A stretch of 64,000 bases of DNA from Octopus bimaculoides (lineage: Eukaryota), in NCBI RefSeq assembly GCF_001194135.2, contig NC_068987.1, forward strand, positions 49,038,637 to 49,102,636, written 5' to 3'. The notes beneath the pieces are model-generated. The model saw only the letters and a program-made list of their open reading frames with translations, searched no databases and had not been told where the DNA came from. Positions within the stretch are counted from its first letter, which is position 1. Each line of letters opens with the position of its first letter. This document shows positions 25,435 to 37,749 of the stretch, piece after piece. The position numbers were made by a program, and so were the translations under genes.

Positions 25435-26416
25435 CTAGCAATGCATCCCGGCGTTGCCTGGGTGTTATGACCTACAGGCACATTGTATTATTTGCTCTTT
25501 TCTTATGGGCAGAATCAGTACAGACATATAGTTAATGGCATAATGGGTAGTTATTGTTTGTTTAAAATTGAAGTGGAAGTGGGGTACAATTTGCATGGGT
25601 TTGCATGAAAGTGCTTTCTGTTCTTAAGAAGGATTATAGACTATGTATTATTTTATTGTATAAAAGGGGATTAATATGATTTTGCAGAGAAATCGTGTTT
25701 GCAAAATTTTAATTTCCCTCCATTCTCTCTGCAATTTCTTAATTTGTAATTTTTCCAAAATTTTTTCTTTTCTTTTTGTTATCTACGTAGAAAAATACAG
25801 AGATTACAAATCTGGGAAATACATATATTTTTTATAGTTTAATTTTTCTTAAAGAAACACTCAGTGCCCCTTCCCCTACTTCCCCCATCCATCACCTACC
25901 TGCTTTCAAAAAGCTAAAATCTCCCAATCTTTCACTTTTGTCTGATGTTTGCCCGCCTGCGTAGAATTCTACTGAAATAGTAAACTTGAAAAATACCAGA
26001 CCACCACCAGAAAACCCGACATGCTAGAAACAACGGGTAAATAACATTATTTCTGAAGAAACTTCCCTGCTTTCCAAAAAGCTAAATGTGAAACATTAGG
26101 AGTATGTAGCTTTTTGAAAGTGGTGAGGTGTAAAATTCTTAAAGATTTGTACTGTCTGTTTTTTCTCCATGGATTACCAAGAAAAAATATTTGAAAAAAG
26201 GAAAAATGAATTTAGTGTGGAGAAGGAGAAAATTAAAATATTGAGAACATGTTTTGTGGGTGAAATTCAAATCTCCTGTATTGCAAACATTGGAATCGGA
26301 AGAAATTTAAGAAAAAAATAAGGCGGGGGAGCGGAAATGTCACCTTGGACATGCTTGAAAGAAGAGATAAATGACAGGATTTCTGGGAAAACTTCCTTTT
26401 AAGTTTATATCAAAGA
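25435..26416 (-). mobile_element. Non-autonomous Helitron
   Basis: Minus-strand 5' end A|TCTTTGATATAAAC; 3' hairpin CCCAGGCAACGCCGGG followed by CTAG|T; no TSD, inserted between A and T. Confidence 0.75.
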
Positions 26417-27096
26417 TCAGGTTTTTAAATATGCTCATCACAAACGAATTATAAAATAGAAAAAGATCACTTCAGTTGGATTTGAGCTTTAAATTTGTGT
26501 GTGGACACTGCAAGAAATAATATAATTCACACAGAAGTTTTAGCTAGAGTGTGTGTATGTGTGTGTCAAAGGAAGTTATTTTATGGCCTTCTTTCATTTG
26601 AAGAAGCAAAGTTGTCAACTCAACACACATGGGATCATATGATTGTTCATTAATTTCCGTAAAAATTTAAAAATTCCTTTATGCTTTGAAGAGAGCAGAA
26701 ATTGAAAGAGAGGATAAAGTGAAAAGGCGACATTTGCTTTGAAGTGAGAGGAGAAAGTGAAAGATGTATGTGTATATGAAATGGACATGTGTGTGCATGT
26801 GAGAGAGAGAGAAAGAGAGAGAGAGAGTGAGTGAGTGAGTGAGTGGGTGGTGTGTGTTGTGATGTATGAATTTTTGTATGTATAAGTGGTACTCACTTGC
26901 TCTCACTCTCTTTCTTTCTCTCTCTCTCTCTTTCTCACATACACACATTATCTTTCATATACACGTACATAAATAGGTGGGGGTAAAGAATACATACACC
27001 ACCTGTTTTCAGTGTAACCCTAACCCTAAACACCGAGTATGCGTATTCTTTACCTTCACCCATAAATACATATGCCTACATCTTTTTTGTGCATAT

Positions 27097-27131
<35 letters not shown>

Positions 27132-27625
27132 TGAGTGCCACTTACACATGCATGAGAACACACACGTTCACTCACTCACTTTCTCTCTCTCTCACACACA
27201 CACACACGTACATGTACGTACAAAAATGTTGCATGCATATGTATTGATGTATGTAAGTATACATGATAACACACAGCTTCAGTCACTCTCCTTTTCTCTC
27301 TCTTTCTCCCTTCCTCTCTCTTTCTTCCTTCCCTCTCTCTCTCTTCCTCTCTCCCTTCCTCTCTCTCTTTCTCCCTTCCTCTCTCTTTCTCCCTTCCCCT
27401 CTCTCTCTCTTCCTCTCTCTCTTTCTCCCTTCCCCTGGTGGTGGTGGTAAAAGATGTCACTTACAATAGGTAACTAAAAAAAATGATAATGTTAAACTTT
27501 TGTAATGCAAATATGTGAATGAAAATATAGTTTAGTTGATAGCCAAAATCTTAATGAATCTTTTGATACCCCATATGTCAAAATCAGCAACTTGGTTTTG
27601 GAATGCATAAGGAACATACAGGCGT

Positions 27626-27698
<73 letters not shown>

Positions 27699-28029
27699 CT
27701 CCTTTATAGATATAGATATATTTAGGTGTAGATATAGCTGTGTCTTGGTTCACTCCCTCTATGCAGCACTCTGGTCAAATGTCTTCTACTATATTATAAC
27801 CCTAGATTGCCCAAAACCTTGTGATTGGATTTGGAAGATAGAAAAATATAAGTACAATTCATATATACCTCTTTAATATATATATACTCACATACACATA
27901 CAAGATCTACCATGCCTCTTCATATATATATATGTGCCCTCATATACACAAATAAGATCTACTGTTCTTCTCCCTTCAAAATTACTGGCATTGTACCTAA
28001 ATCAGAAATCATTATTAGTGATTGAAATA

Positions 28030-28248
28030 AGGTGACAAGCTGGCAGAATCATTAGCACGCTGGGCGAAATGCATGGCAGTATTTTATCCATCTTTGCATT
28101 CTGAGTTCAAATTCTGCTATGGTCGACTTTGCCTTTCATCCTTTTGGGTTCAATAAAATAAGTACCAGTTGAGTACTGGGGTCGATGTCTTCAGCTATTC
28201 CCCTCCTGCAAATTTCAAGCCATGTGCCTATAGTAGAAAGTAGAAAGG
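28030..28248 (+). mobile_element. SINE family B with 19-bp TSD
   Basis: AGCTGGCAGAATCATTAGC...CTGAGTTCAAATTC...; TSD ATTATTAGTG(A/G)TTGAAATA at 28011-28029 and 28249-28267. Confidence 0.88.
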
Positions 28249-28341
28249 ATTATTAGTGGTTGAAATATTGTTTTGACATTCCGTCTTATATTGATGAAAT
28301 GACTTACATGCTTGTAGTCTTCTAATGGTTACCAATATATT

Positions 28342-28553
28342 CGTTTTAAATTTCGGCACAAGGTCAGCAAGTTTTGGAGTGGGTAAGTTGATTTCCTTGA
28401 CTCCAGTACTCAACTGGTACTTATTTTATCGACACCCTAAAGAATAAAAGGCAAAGTCGACCTCAGTGGAATTTGAACTCAGAATGTGAAGATGGACAAA
28501 ATGCTGCTAAGCACATCACCCGGTGTGCTAACAATTCTGCCAATTCACCACCT
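28342..28553 (-). mobile_element. SINE family B with 19-bp TSD
   Basis: Reverse-complement family B copy; TSD TAATG(G/A)TTACCAATATATT at 28323-28341 and 28554-28572. Confidence 0.88.
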
Positions 28554-28640
28554 TAATGATTACCAATATATTGGCAGCAATTGTTTGTAGTGTATTTAAT
28601 TTTGTTGAATTATAGGTGTTGGGGGAGGGGGTTGAATATG

Positions 28641-29061
28641 CACAGGTGTGGTTGTGTGGTAAGAAGTTTGCTTCCCAGTCACATGGCTCCAGGTTCAGTC
28701 CCACTGCATGACTCTTTAGGCAAGTGTCTTCTACTATAACTTCAGGCTGACCAAAGTTGTGTGAGTGGATTTGGCAGATGGAAACTGAAAGAAGCCCATC
28801 CTATATATGTGTATGTGTGAACGAGCATGTTTGTGTCTCCTTGTCTTGACATCAGGCAATAATTGTAAATGATTGTCACTGCCATACAAGCAGTATCATT
28901 CATTTCCAGTGGGAACGTGTCTGACTATGGGGGAATATTACATGGCTTGGAAACAGGTGAAGGTTAGCAACAGGAAGATTCTCTGGCTCTAGAAAATCTG
29001 CTTCAAGTAAATTCCATCCGACCCATGCAAGCATGGAAGAATGGGTGTTAAATGATGATGG

Positions 29062-29112
<51 letters not shown>
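28641..29112 (+). mobile_element. Full-length SINE family A with RTE-like 3' tail and (GAT)n
   Basis: tRNA-like head, central domain, then CTAGAAAATCTGC...CCGACCCATGCAAGCATGGAAG...TTAAATGATGATG, which resembles the RTE terminus. Confidence 0.85.
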
Positions 29113-29270
29113 CGGTGACGCCAACGCCGATGACGCTAACGCCGCCGCTGCCACCACCGACGACGACGATGATGTAGCAAGGGGGTGTTGGAAAAGCATT
29201 TGTAAAATAAAGGGAGCAATAGTTAAAAAAGTCTGAGAAGCTTGTGGTGCGGAGAGAAGAAACTAAATAC

Positions 29271-29341
29271 CATAGAACGTTTAGTTGAATGTGTTATTAG
29301 TTCTGCACCATCCCCACTGCTCTCTTGTGTTAGAATAAAAC
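29271..29341 (-). CDS. Candidate internal host-gene exon (71 nt), product unknown
   Basis: Long T-rich tract ending TTTTATTCAG, donor ATG|GTATTT, one open frame (G)FILTQESSGDGAELITHSTKRSM. No homology recognised. Confidence 0.3.
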
Positions 29342-29815
29342 CTGAATAAAAGCTAAAAATAAAAAGACAAACAAAAGACACTAAAAGCTACATTGACCAA
29401 ACAGCTATCTATGTAGGACATCAAAAAGTACTTTAATCAGACCTGAACATATAATTTCAAACTCAAGCATAAAACCTACTTTCTCAAATTATTTTTTGTA
29501 TATACAATCATATTAATGTTTGTATTTATTTATTTATTTATAATTTTATTTCAACATAAAGATCCTTAGCTAAGATTTTATGTTTAAAATCTCCCTGGGG
29601 GTATTTGCTATAAAACTTCCAATAAGACTCAAATACCAGTTAACTGACATAAGATTTGATTAATGTCTTACCACTAGATTAATATTTTAGCATTTTATTG
29701 TTGACACTGTTATTGCCATAAATTTTCTAGACTTGTTTTTTTTTTTCCTGAAAACATTCAGTCAATATATTCTCTTAATTGTTTCTTATTAATATTAATA
29801 TTACATACTAAAGTA

Positions 29816-30220
29816 AGTCAGCAAACTGATAGAATTGTTAGCATGCCAGGCAAAATGCTTAACAGTATTTCATTGGTCTTTATGCTCTGAGTTCAAATTC
29901 CACCGAGGTGACTTTGTCTCTCTCATCCTGTAGAGGTCGATAAAATAAATACCAGCTGAAGACTAGGATCAATGTATTGACTTGCTCCTCCCCTAAAATT
30001 GTGACAAAATTTGAAACCAATATTACATACTAAAGTAGTGAGCTGGCAGAATCCAAACAAAAATACATTGCAAAATTTCTTCTGACTCTTTATGTTCTGA
30101 GTTCAAATGTCAACTTTACCTTTCATTCTTTTGGGGTTGGTAAAATGACGTAACAGCTGAACACTGGGATTGATGTAATTGATTTAACCTCTCCTCTTAA
30201 AATTGCTAGCTTTAGAAAGC
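29816..30220 (+). mobile_element. Two tandem SINE family B copies (29816-30018 and 30038-30220)
   Basis: Two family B cores with nested TSDs AATATTACATACTAAAGTA and ATTAATATTACA(T/C)ACT. Confidence 0.85.
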
Positions 30221-31464
30221 ATTAATATTACACACTTTTTTTGTATTGAGAAAAGATGTTTCTAATGACCTGGGTTTGTAGCAGAACTTTGAACTCTCCA
30301 TTTGAACCACTCACTCTAATCTCTCAACATCTTGCATAAAATAACAGTCCTCCCTCCAATTTACTCTCTTATTTGAGAGATCTTTTTAGTCTTTCAAATT
30401 TCAGGGTGACCTCACTAGTGCTGGTGCCACAAAAAAAGCATCCAAAGCATTCTAGGCAGCCAGATGTAGGAACCATGCCAAAACTAACATTGGAGCAAGA
30501 TGTGGGTCTCTGACCCATTAGATCCTGGTAAAATATTCAACCCATGCCAGCATGGAAGACAGACTTGAAAGGATGATGATAATGATTATAATGATACTGA
30601 ATGGGATGAATTAACATTAATGACTAACTCTGATCAAGAAAAGCAGGGGTAACAACTCATAGAATTTTTATAAATGACACTTATGTAGATAGCAATGGGG
30701 GAGTGAGACTGGTCACTCATCAGAGAAATATACCTTGATTGCTATTTTCTGATCTAAGATGACTAATGATGTATAATGGATTTTAATGAATGAACTCTAT
30801 GTAGCAGTATTGCATATCTAGTCTAATGCACTAAGGAGATTACAGGAGTGAAACAACTAGCTAATTTGACAAGCTCATGAGCCTTTTTTACTGCTTGTGC
30901 TTTATTGTACATTTAGGTTATACACTAAAATTCATTGCATTGCTGTTCACCTTACTGTTAGGAATAGGCACCATATTATCTGGGAATGTTATCTGCAAAA
31001 GACCAAGTTACTCTCTCAAGGGAAATTTATCTCTCAATCACTTAACACCATAAAGCTAAAGCTAAGCACTGTCTCTTAAAAGAGCATTAGTTCTAAGAAG
31101 ACTTTTCTTCTGTAGATTACTAAGCAAAATCAACAGTGATGTGGGGCCAAGAAAGAGGCTTGGTTTCCCAGGAAAGAAAAAAAAAACAAAGTACTCTAGG
31201 ATGGGAAAAACATCTCTAAACATATGGTAAGTGATATTATAAAGAGGTGTGAAATGTAAAAGTGGTAGACATAATGGTAGCTTTTAAAAGTATAAATGCT
31301 AATGTGTACACTTTGAAATTTCTAAATACTTTTACTCTAAAAGGAATGACATTCTTATATTTCTTGTTGGAATCTAAATTAATATCCTTCAGCTTACCTA
31401 TCTCTTCCATGTTTAGTTGGTAAATAAATACATACAATTTTCTGTATGTGTATTCTCATTGGTA

Positions 31465-31700
31465 CAGGTGTGGCCATGTGATTAAGAAGTTTACTGCCTA
31501 ACATCATGGTTTTGGGTTCAGTCCCACTGTGTGGCATCTTGAGCAAGTGTCTACTATTATAGCCCCAGTTTGACCAAAGTCTTGTGAGTAGAGTTGATAG
31601 TTGGAAACTGAAAGAAATTTGTTGCGTGTGTGTGTGTGTGTGTGTGTGTGTTAGTGTTTTCTTGTCTTGATATTGTGCGATAGTTGTAAAATGGTTGTTA
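31465..31700 (+). mobile_element. SINE family A
   Basis: CAGGTGTGGCCATGTG...GGTTCAGTCCCACTG...GGAAACTGAAAGAA, then (GT)n and part of the body. Confidence 0.8.
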
Positions 31701-32962
31701 TTGTCATACAAGCAATATCATAGTGTTATGATTCAGTATCCCAACTTTTATAACTTCTAAAAAAAACTTCTAGAACATTCAGCAAAACTATTTGGTTGGA
31801 ATTTCACACAACTTTCTTTCAAGTGTATCTCTTTATTGGTTTCATACCACCCAATACTTATTGGTTGAATCATGTTCCTATTGTATTGCTTTTTATGGAA
31901 ATATAGCTAGGCTGTGGTTCTAAACTGGGAATCTGAGTGAGATGGTTCACTACTAGACAGAGGCCTTATTACATGTTAATTTATTGATTGACACCTGATT
32001 CATTGTTTTCAATTTAGATGAAAACTTGATTTGATTTTATATTAGACTTCAGCATGAAGTTATTGATTCCAAAATTTGTAGCATTCTGCCGCAAATTTTA
32101 GGACATTTCATTTGTAAAATATTGTTCATCTAACATAACAATATATAATATTGTGACATATGTAAAACAGTGTTTGTTTTATATGTAATTCATTGGTGTG
32201 TGCTCCTATGTAAAATGTTGATCTATATCCCTAGCTATTGATATGGTTTGTAGTTTGAAATAAAAAAACTACTTATGAAAGTCATACATTGGGCAAGAAT
32301 ACAAGATGTAGCACCTATTTCAGCTGTGATTTGGTTGCCTTTAATACCAGTACTTATTTCTTGCAATAGGGCCTGTTTGTCGGTTTCTCCATCCTATCAC
32401 TTGCTCTAAACCCAAATTCACACACACATATACACATATACACAGGCATGCATATATACACATATACAAACAACTGGACTTTCTTACTATACAGAGAGAT
32501 GTGATAAGAGTTTGAAATATGAGTTTCAAATTTTTAAATGTTATCACATAATGCCATTATTATTTTTGATTTTATTAAGAATTTTTGGCAGTGGTAAATT
32601 AAAAAAAAAACCCCACAATACAAAGTTTGTTTTGTGTTTTGCTGTTGAATAAGAACAAAACAAATATGAAAAATCAAAGTTCAAAATATAAAAAAAACAT
32701 CCAGAAGATTCTACATAGGGCAAAGGTCAAAAGCAGCCATCAAATTTAATGAAAAAGTCAGACAGTTTATAATAATTACTCTTTATCTTTAATGTTATTT
32801 TTTTACCCTTTTCCTGTGAATTATAACTGAATTTAAGTTATCAAATTTATTTAGTCAAATATATACATATGCACCCTTTTCAAATGTAATCTATGTATGA
32901 TTATATATCTATGTGCATTCATGCTGATGAGTGTGTATATATATATATTTATATATTCATAA

Positions 32963-33176
32963 GATTGAAGGAGAGAAGCTGAAACGTTAGCATGCCAGGC
33001 GAAATGCTTAGCAGTATTTCATCTGTCTTTACGCTCTGAGTTCAAATTCCACCGAGATCAACTTTGCCTCTCATCCTTTCGGGATCGATAAATTAAGTAC
33101 CAGTTGCGTACTGGGGTCAATCTAATCGACTGGCCCCCTCCCCAACAATTTCGGGCCTTGTGTCTAGAGTAGGAAA
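32963..33176 (+). mobile_element. SINE family B with ~13-bp TSD
   Basis: Family B core; TATATATTCATAA at 32950-32962 and 33178-33190. Confidence 0.88.
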
Positions 33177-33358
33177 ATATATATTCATAATTTTCAAAAA
33201 ACAAAAACTTCACCTTTTCTTGTCTTGTTTTTAACTTCCTTTAACTTCTCTTAATTTATTTAATTACAGAACTTCACTCACCTCCTTTACTTTCCAAACC
33301 TCTTCTACTAACAACATTATCTTGTTGTTTTACTGTACTATACATAGATATATATATA

Positions 33359-33402
<44 letters not shown>

Positions 33403-33430
33403 CATTTATAGATGTGTATTCTTTTTTATT

Positions 33431-33586
33431 GGCGCAGGTGTGGCTGTGTGGTAAGAAGTCTGCTTTCCAACCACAGAGTTCCAGGTTCAGTCTCACTGCA
33501 TGGTACCTTGGGCAAGTATCTTCTGCTATAGCCTCAAGCTGACCAAAGCCTTGTGAGTGGATTTGGTAGACGGAAACTGAAAGAAA
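33431..33586 (+). mobile_element. SINE family A head
   Basis: GGCGCAGGTGTGGCTGTGTGGTAAGAAG...GACGGAAACTGAAAGAA. Confidence 0.85.
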
Positions 33587-33699
33587 TATAAACTAGTATT
33601 TATTTATTCGAAAAATTATAGAACTGCTTCGAAGTGCTCAGGTTGAACCCAAGATGCTAGATAGTAAAATATAAGTAAAATTAAGCCTTTAGGTAATTA

Positions 33700-34700
33700 T
33701 ATTAAATCTAATTAAATATGAGGCAACAATAAATGGAAATCCTTTATTCAAGAACAGCTTAATACATCTAAACAATCTAAATCTAGAAAGTGCAAAATAA
33801 TTTGGTTTGCTCCACTCTTCTCCCTTGGTGTTAAAAACCTACCTAAGCTATTCTTCAAAATCCTAAGATATAATCTTCCAAAACTTCACAAATATTATCC
33901 AATATGTAACAAATCTTCTATAAAATTGTCTTACTCCACAATGCCAAATTTGGAATGAATTATAGCATCCATAAATAATAGTAAAATCCAATGTCAAACA
34001 AAACTTCAAACACTGATAAGAAACCCAATATAAATGTGAATAACAATAATATAAATATACCCGGAACACCAAATGCACATAATTCAATATTAAATAACAA
34101 TATTTCTCATATATCAATAGCTTTGAATCAAGTAAATCCATAAAACAGAGAAAATATGTAATTGTAGAGATACCGATTCATATCAGCTTGCAGGATTTTA
34201 CCTCCACAAAAATGTGGTATATAAATGCACCGTAATATCAGATAAATACCATGCTAGAACCTATATAGGTAGTGCAATAGACTTCAAAAATAGATATAGA
34301 ACTCATTTAAATTCTTTTACCAATATTAAATATAAAATTTTGACAATTCTTACCTCCTATATACATAATCTAGGAGGTAGTAATATTAATTTCAAAATAT
34401 CGTGGTCTATGCCTAACCAAGTTGATATAAAAATAGTTGATATCTAACTCCATAACTGGTGACCAGCATAATGTAACCTTAAATGAAATTTCCTTACTCT
34501 ATATATCTTTTTTTGAACCTTGCTCTCTATTTTCCTGATGAAGAGAACATTGTCTATACATGAATTATAAAATTCACACCTTACCAAGACAAATGGGCTC
34601 CTGAAACAGCTGTAGAAAACCCCCTTACCTGCTATTATAACCCATTATATATATTTTTTAGAACTCTTAAAACAAATATATTTCTCTGACTTTTAAATTT
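33700..34700 (+). mobile_element. Penelope-like element 3' remnant (linker, GIY-YIG endonuclease, 3' region with hammerhead)
   Basis: RKCKIIWFAPLFS...IKLSYSTMPNL; ORF 34214-34447 VYKCTV...TYIGSA..FKNRYRTH (GIY-YIG). Confidence 0.85.
34530..34619 (+). ncRNA. Type I hammerhead ribozyme motif (PLE-associated)
   Basis: Stem I TTTTC/GAAAA; core CTGATGA (34535-34541); imperfect long stem II (CATTGTCT/AGACAAATG); GAAA (34603-34606); palindromic stem III ACAGCTGT; cleavage triplet GTA ending at 34614. Confidence 0.75.
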
Positions 34701-35083
34701 CTCATTTAGGTTTCTCACTGCTGTCAATGTAATCTCTAATTTTTAATTCTAAATTTTTAATTTTTAATGCTATATTATTCCACATATTGCATTTTTTCTT
34801 GCTTGTATTTTCATGTATATTCTTATTTCATATATTTCTTATTTCTATTATATTCTTAAATAATACTTTTAATGTTCTGAATGTCTTAATGTATTTGTTG
34901 TATGAATGTATGTCATAAATTCAAGATAATTATCTAATTTTTGTTTCTTCTTTAAATTATATTATTTACTATCATCATCATCATTATCATCATCGTTTAA
35001 CGTCCACTTTCCATGCTAGAATGGGTTGGACGATTTGACAGAGGACTGGCGAACCAGGCTCCAAATATATATATATATATAAC

Positions 35084-35145
<62 letters not shown>

Positions 35146-35217
35146 TACACACACACATATATACATACATACACACACACATACATACATACATGCATAC
35201 GTACATACATACATACA

Positions 35218-35249
<32 letters not shown>

Positions 35250-35697
35250 ATTGTTTATAAAATAGTTTATGTTTATTGCTTGATCCTAGTAAAAAGGCTG
35301 CATCTAAACCTTTGGGAAATAAAACCATTATGAAATCTATGGTCAAAGTTATTCCAACCATCCTTCTAGAGTATTGCATTTCAAAGACTAATTATTCGAT
35401 AAGTTCATCTGTTTTTCAAGTAGGTAATGTATAATTTGAGGCAGATTTGGCTGACAGTTTCAGCAAGTCATATGATCTTTTAGAGGCCCTCTTGTAAGTA
35501 GGTGGTATAGATAGTGTGATTCACACTTGCACACACACACACACGCACACACACAAATTCAAAAAGCTGAGATTTTTCTGCAACATATGTGCTCACAAAT
35601 GCACGTGCACACACACACACATGTATACTTATCTATGTGTATGTATGTATGTAGGTATGAATGTATGTATATATGTGTGTGTGAGTGTGCATGTATG

Positions 35698-35733
<36 letters not shown>

Positions 35734-36195
35734 TGCTGTGTAACTGAGAAATGGTTTGTGTGGCTGTCCAATATTAAGTGCCATTCTGTTGATAAGACAA
35801 ACAGCACATGATAAATCAACATCTTCAACATCCTCATATGGAAGGATTTATATCTGTAAGAGATAAGCCATTGCTGTGGGTTGTGATTTGCTGAAGAATA
35901 TCTGGACATCTGTTTCTCACTTACCCTTTCCTCTTTCTGTTTATATCTGCTTGTCTGTGTCTTTTTCTCAATAAATATGTATGTGTGAGTGTGAATGTAT
36001 ATATATATATACACATACACACACATACATACAAATTATATGTATATAAGACATGTGCACAAACACTTGCATACTGTTTGCAACAGGCAACCCTTGATAT
36101 TCCAATCAATCAACCCTTTCATATAACTATGATTCTATATCCAGTTTTAGTCATTTCAACAATGAATGTTTTGTGTCATTCAGAGAGAGGGAGAG

Positions 36196-36259
<64 letters not shown>

Positions 36260-36734
36260 GAAAGAGAGAGAAAGAGGGAGAGAGATAATACCCTTCATTT
36301 GGAATTGTTAATTCATCTTGTTGCGACTCTGAGCTACTTATTTATTCACATAACAAAGAGAACACCTGTACAAATGCCCACAAGTGAGAAAACTTGTAGT
36401 GGTGACAGTGAAGCACCAGCTCTGACTGAATCCTTCTCATCATTTTAACACCTACGTTTCTATACTTGCATAAGTCAGACAGAATTTGTTGAGGTGGATT
36501 TTCTACATCCAGATGCCCTTTCTGTTACTAATCTTACTCCTTTTTAAGCTAGGTAATATTTGCCCATGGCACACATGTTTTTCATAGAAGGTTGGAAATG
36601 AACAACATCATTTGTATGATGGTGATGCTCATTCACAACCATCTCATGATGTCAACACAACAATACACACAAATATACACATACACATATATACATAATG
36701 TACATACATCCGGGTTCGGTCCCACTGCATGGCA

Positions 36735-36850
36735 CCCGATAGAATAAGTACTAGGCTTACAAAGAATAAGTCCTGGGGTCGATTTTCTCAACTAAAGGCG
36801 GTGCTCCAGCATGGCCGCAGTCAAATGACTGAAACAAGTAAAAGAGTAAA
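36735..36850 (+). mobile_element. SINE family D 3' part
   Basis: CGATAGAATAAGTACTAGGCTTACAAAGAATAAGTCCTGGGGTC...TGACTGAAACAAGTAAAAGAG, as at 45920-46042. Confidence 0.8.
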
Positions 36851-36871
36851 AGAGTATACATATATACATAC

Positions 36872-36903
<32 letters not shown>

Positions 36904-37346
36904 TACATGAAAAGGAATACAAAAAAATGGGATAAGAATGCAAAACATCCAGACAATGATATAAAAAAGGGGACAACAAAACATCCAAACAGATGATGCA
37001 AAAAAGGGACAAGAAAAAACAAGGACAGGTCATTCGGAGTTTTCTTTCCTCAGTCGCATTCCAGATTATCTTTGTAATTTCAGCTGGTTATACTTGAGAT
37101 TGCTCAATCTGGTCAGCTCCAAGGAAAAACTAAGCTAAGAACACTAGATTCCGTGGAAGAAAGCAGTGAATGTTTGCGAAAACAAGGACGGAAAAAAAAA
37201 TGAAGAAATGGTACACAAATACAAATGCAAATAACAGGACATTAAGAACAGGTGTCTTAGTAACAACTAAGGACAAATTAAATTAAGCTGGCGTGTGTAA
37301 AAATGAAGCCTTATGGCAGGGACATAAGAAATGACAGGCATGGGGA

Positions 37347-37383
<37 letters not shown>

Positions 37384-37420
37384 TTTACATATAAATATAT
37401 ATATATATATCATCATTATT

Positions 37421-37480
<60 letters not shown>

Positions 37481-37749
37481 GTTTAATGTCTGTTTAATGT
37501 GACTGTGCATGTGTGTGTACACATACACATACATATATATGATGGACTTCTTTCAGTGTCTATCTACCAAATCTACTTACAAGGCTTTTGTTGACCTGGG
37601 GGCTATAGTGTACTACAAGGTATCAGCCTGGGGGCTATATTGTACTCCAAGGTGTCACACAGTTGGATTGAACCCAATACTACTACTTTGGAATGCAATC
37701 TCTACAGCTGTTTCAATGGTAAAAACATCATCGTTCATATTTTTGAGGT

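Noticed and set aside
29033-29236. Acidic poly-Asp ORF
   Set aside because: It is the (GAT)n tail of a SINE that has drifted to GAC/GCC triplets.
30695-30730. CTGATGA followed by a GTGA/TCAC hairpin on the minus strand
   Set aside because: The required GAAA does not follow the stem.
35725-35850. Minus-strand peptide HKPFLSYTALI resembling a forkhead start
   Set aside because: There is an in-frame stop upstream, it runs into a (TA)n tract, and there is no donor and no further domain.
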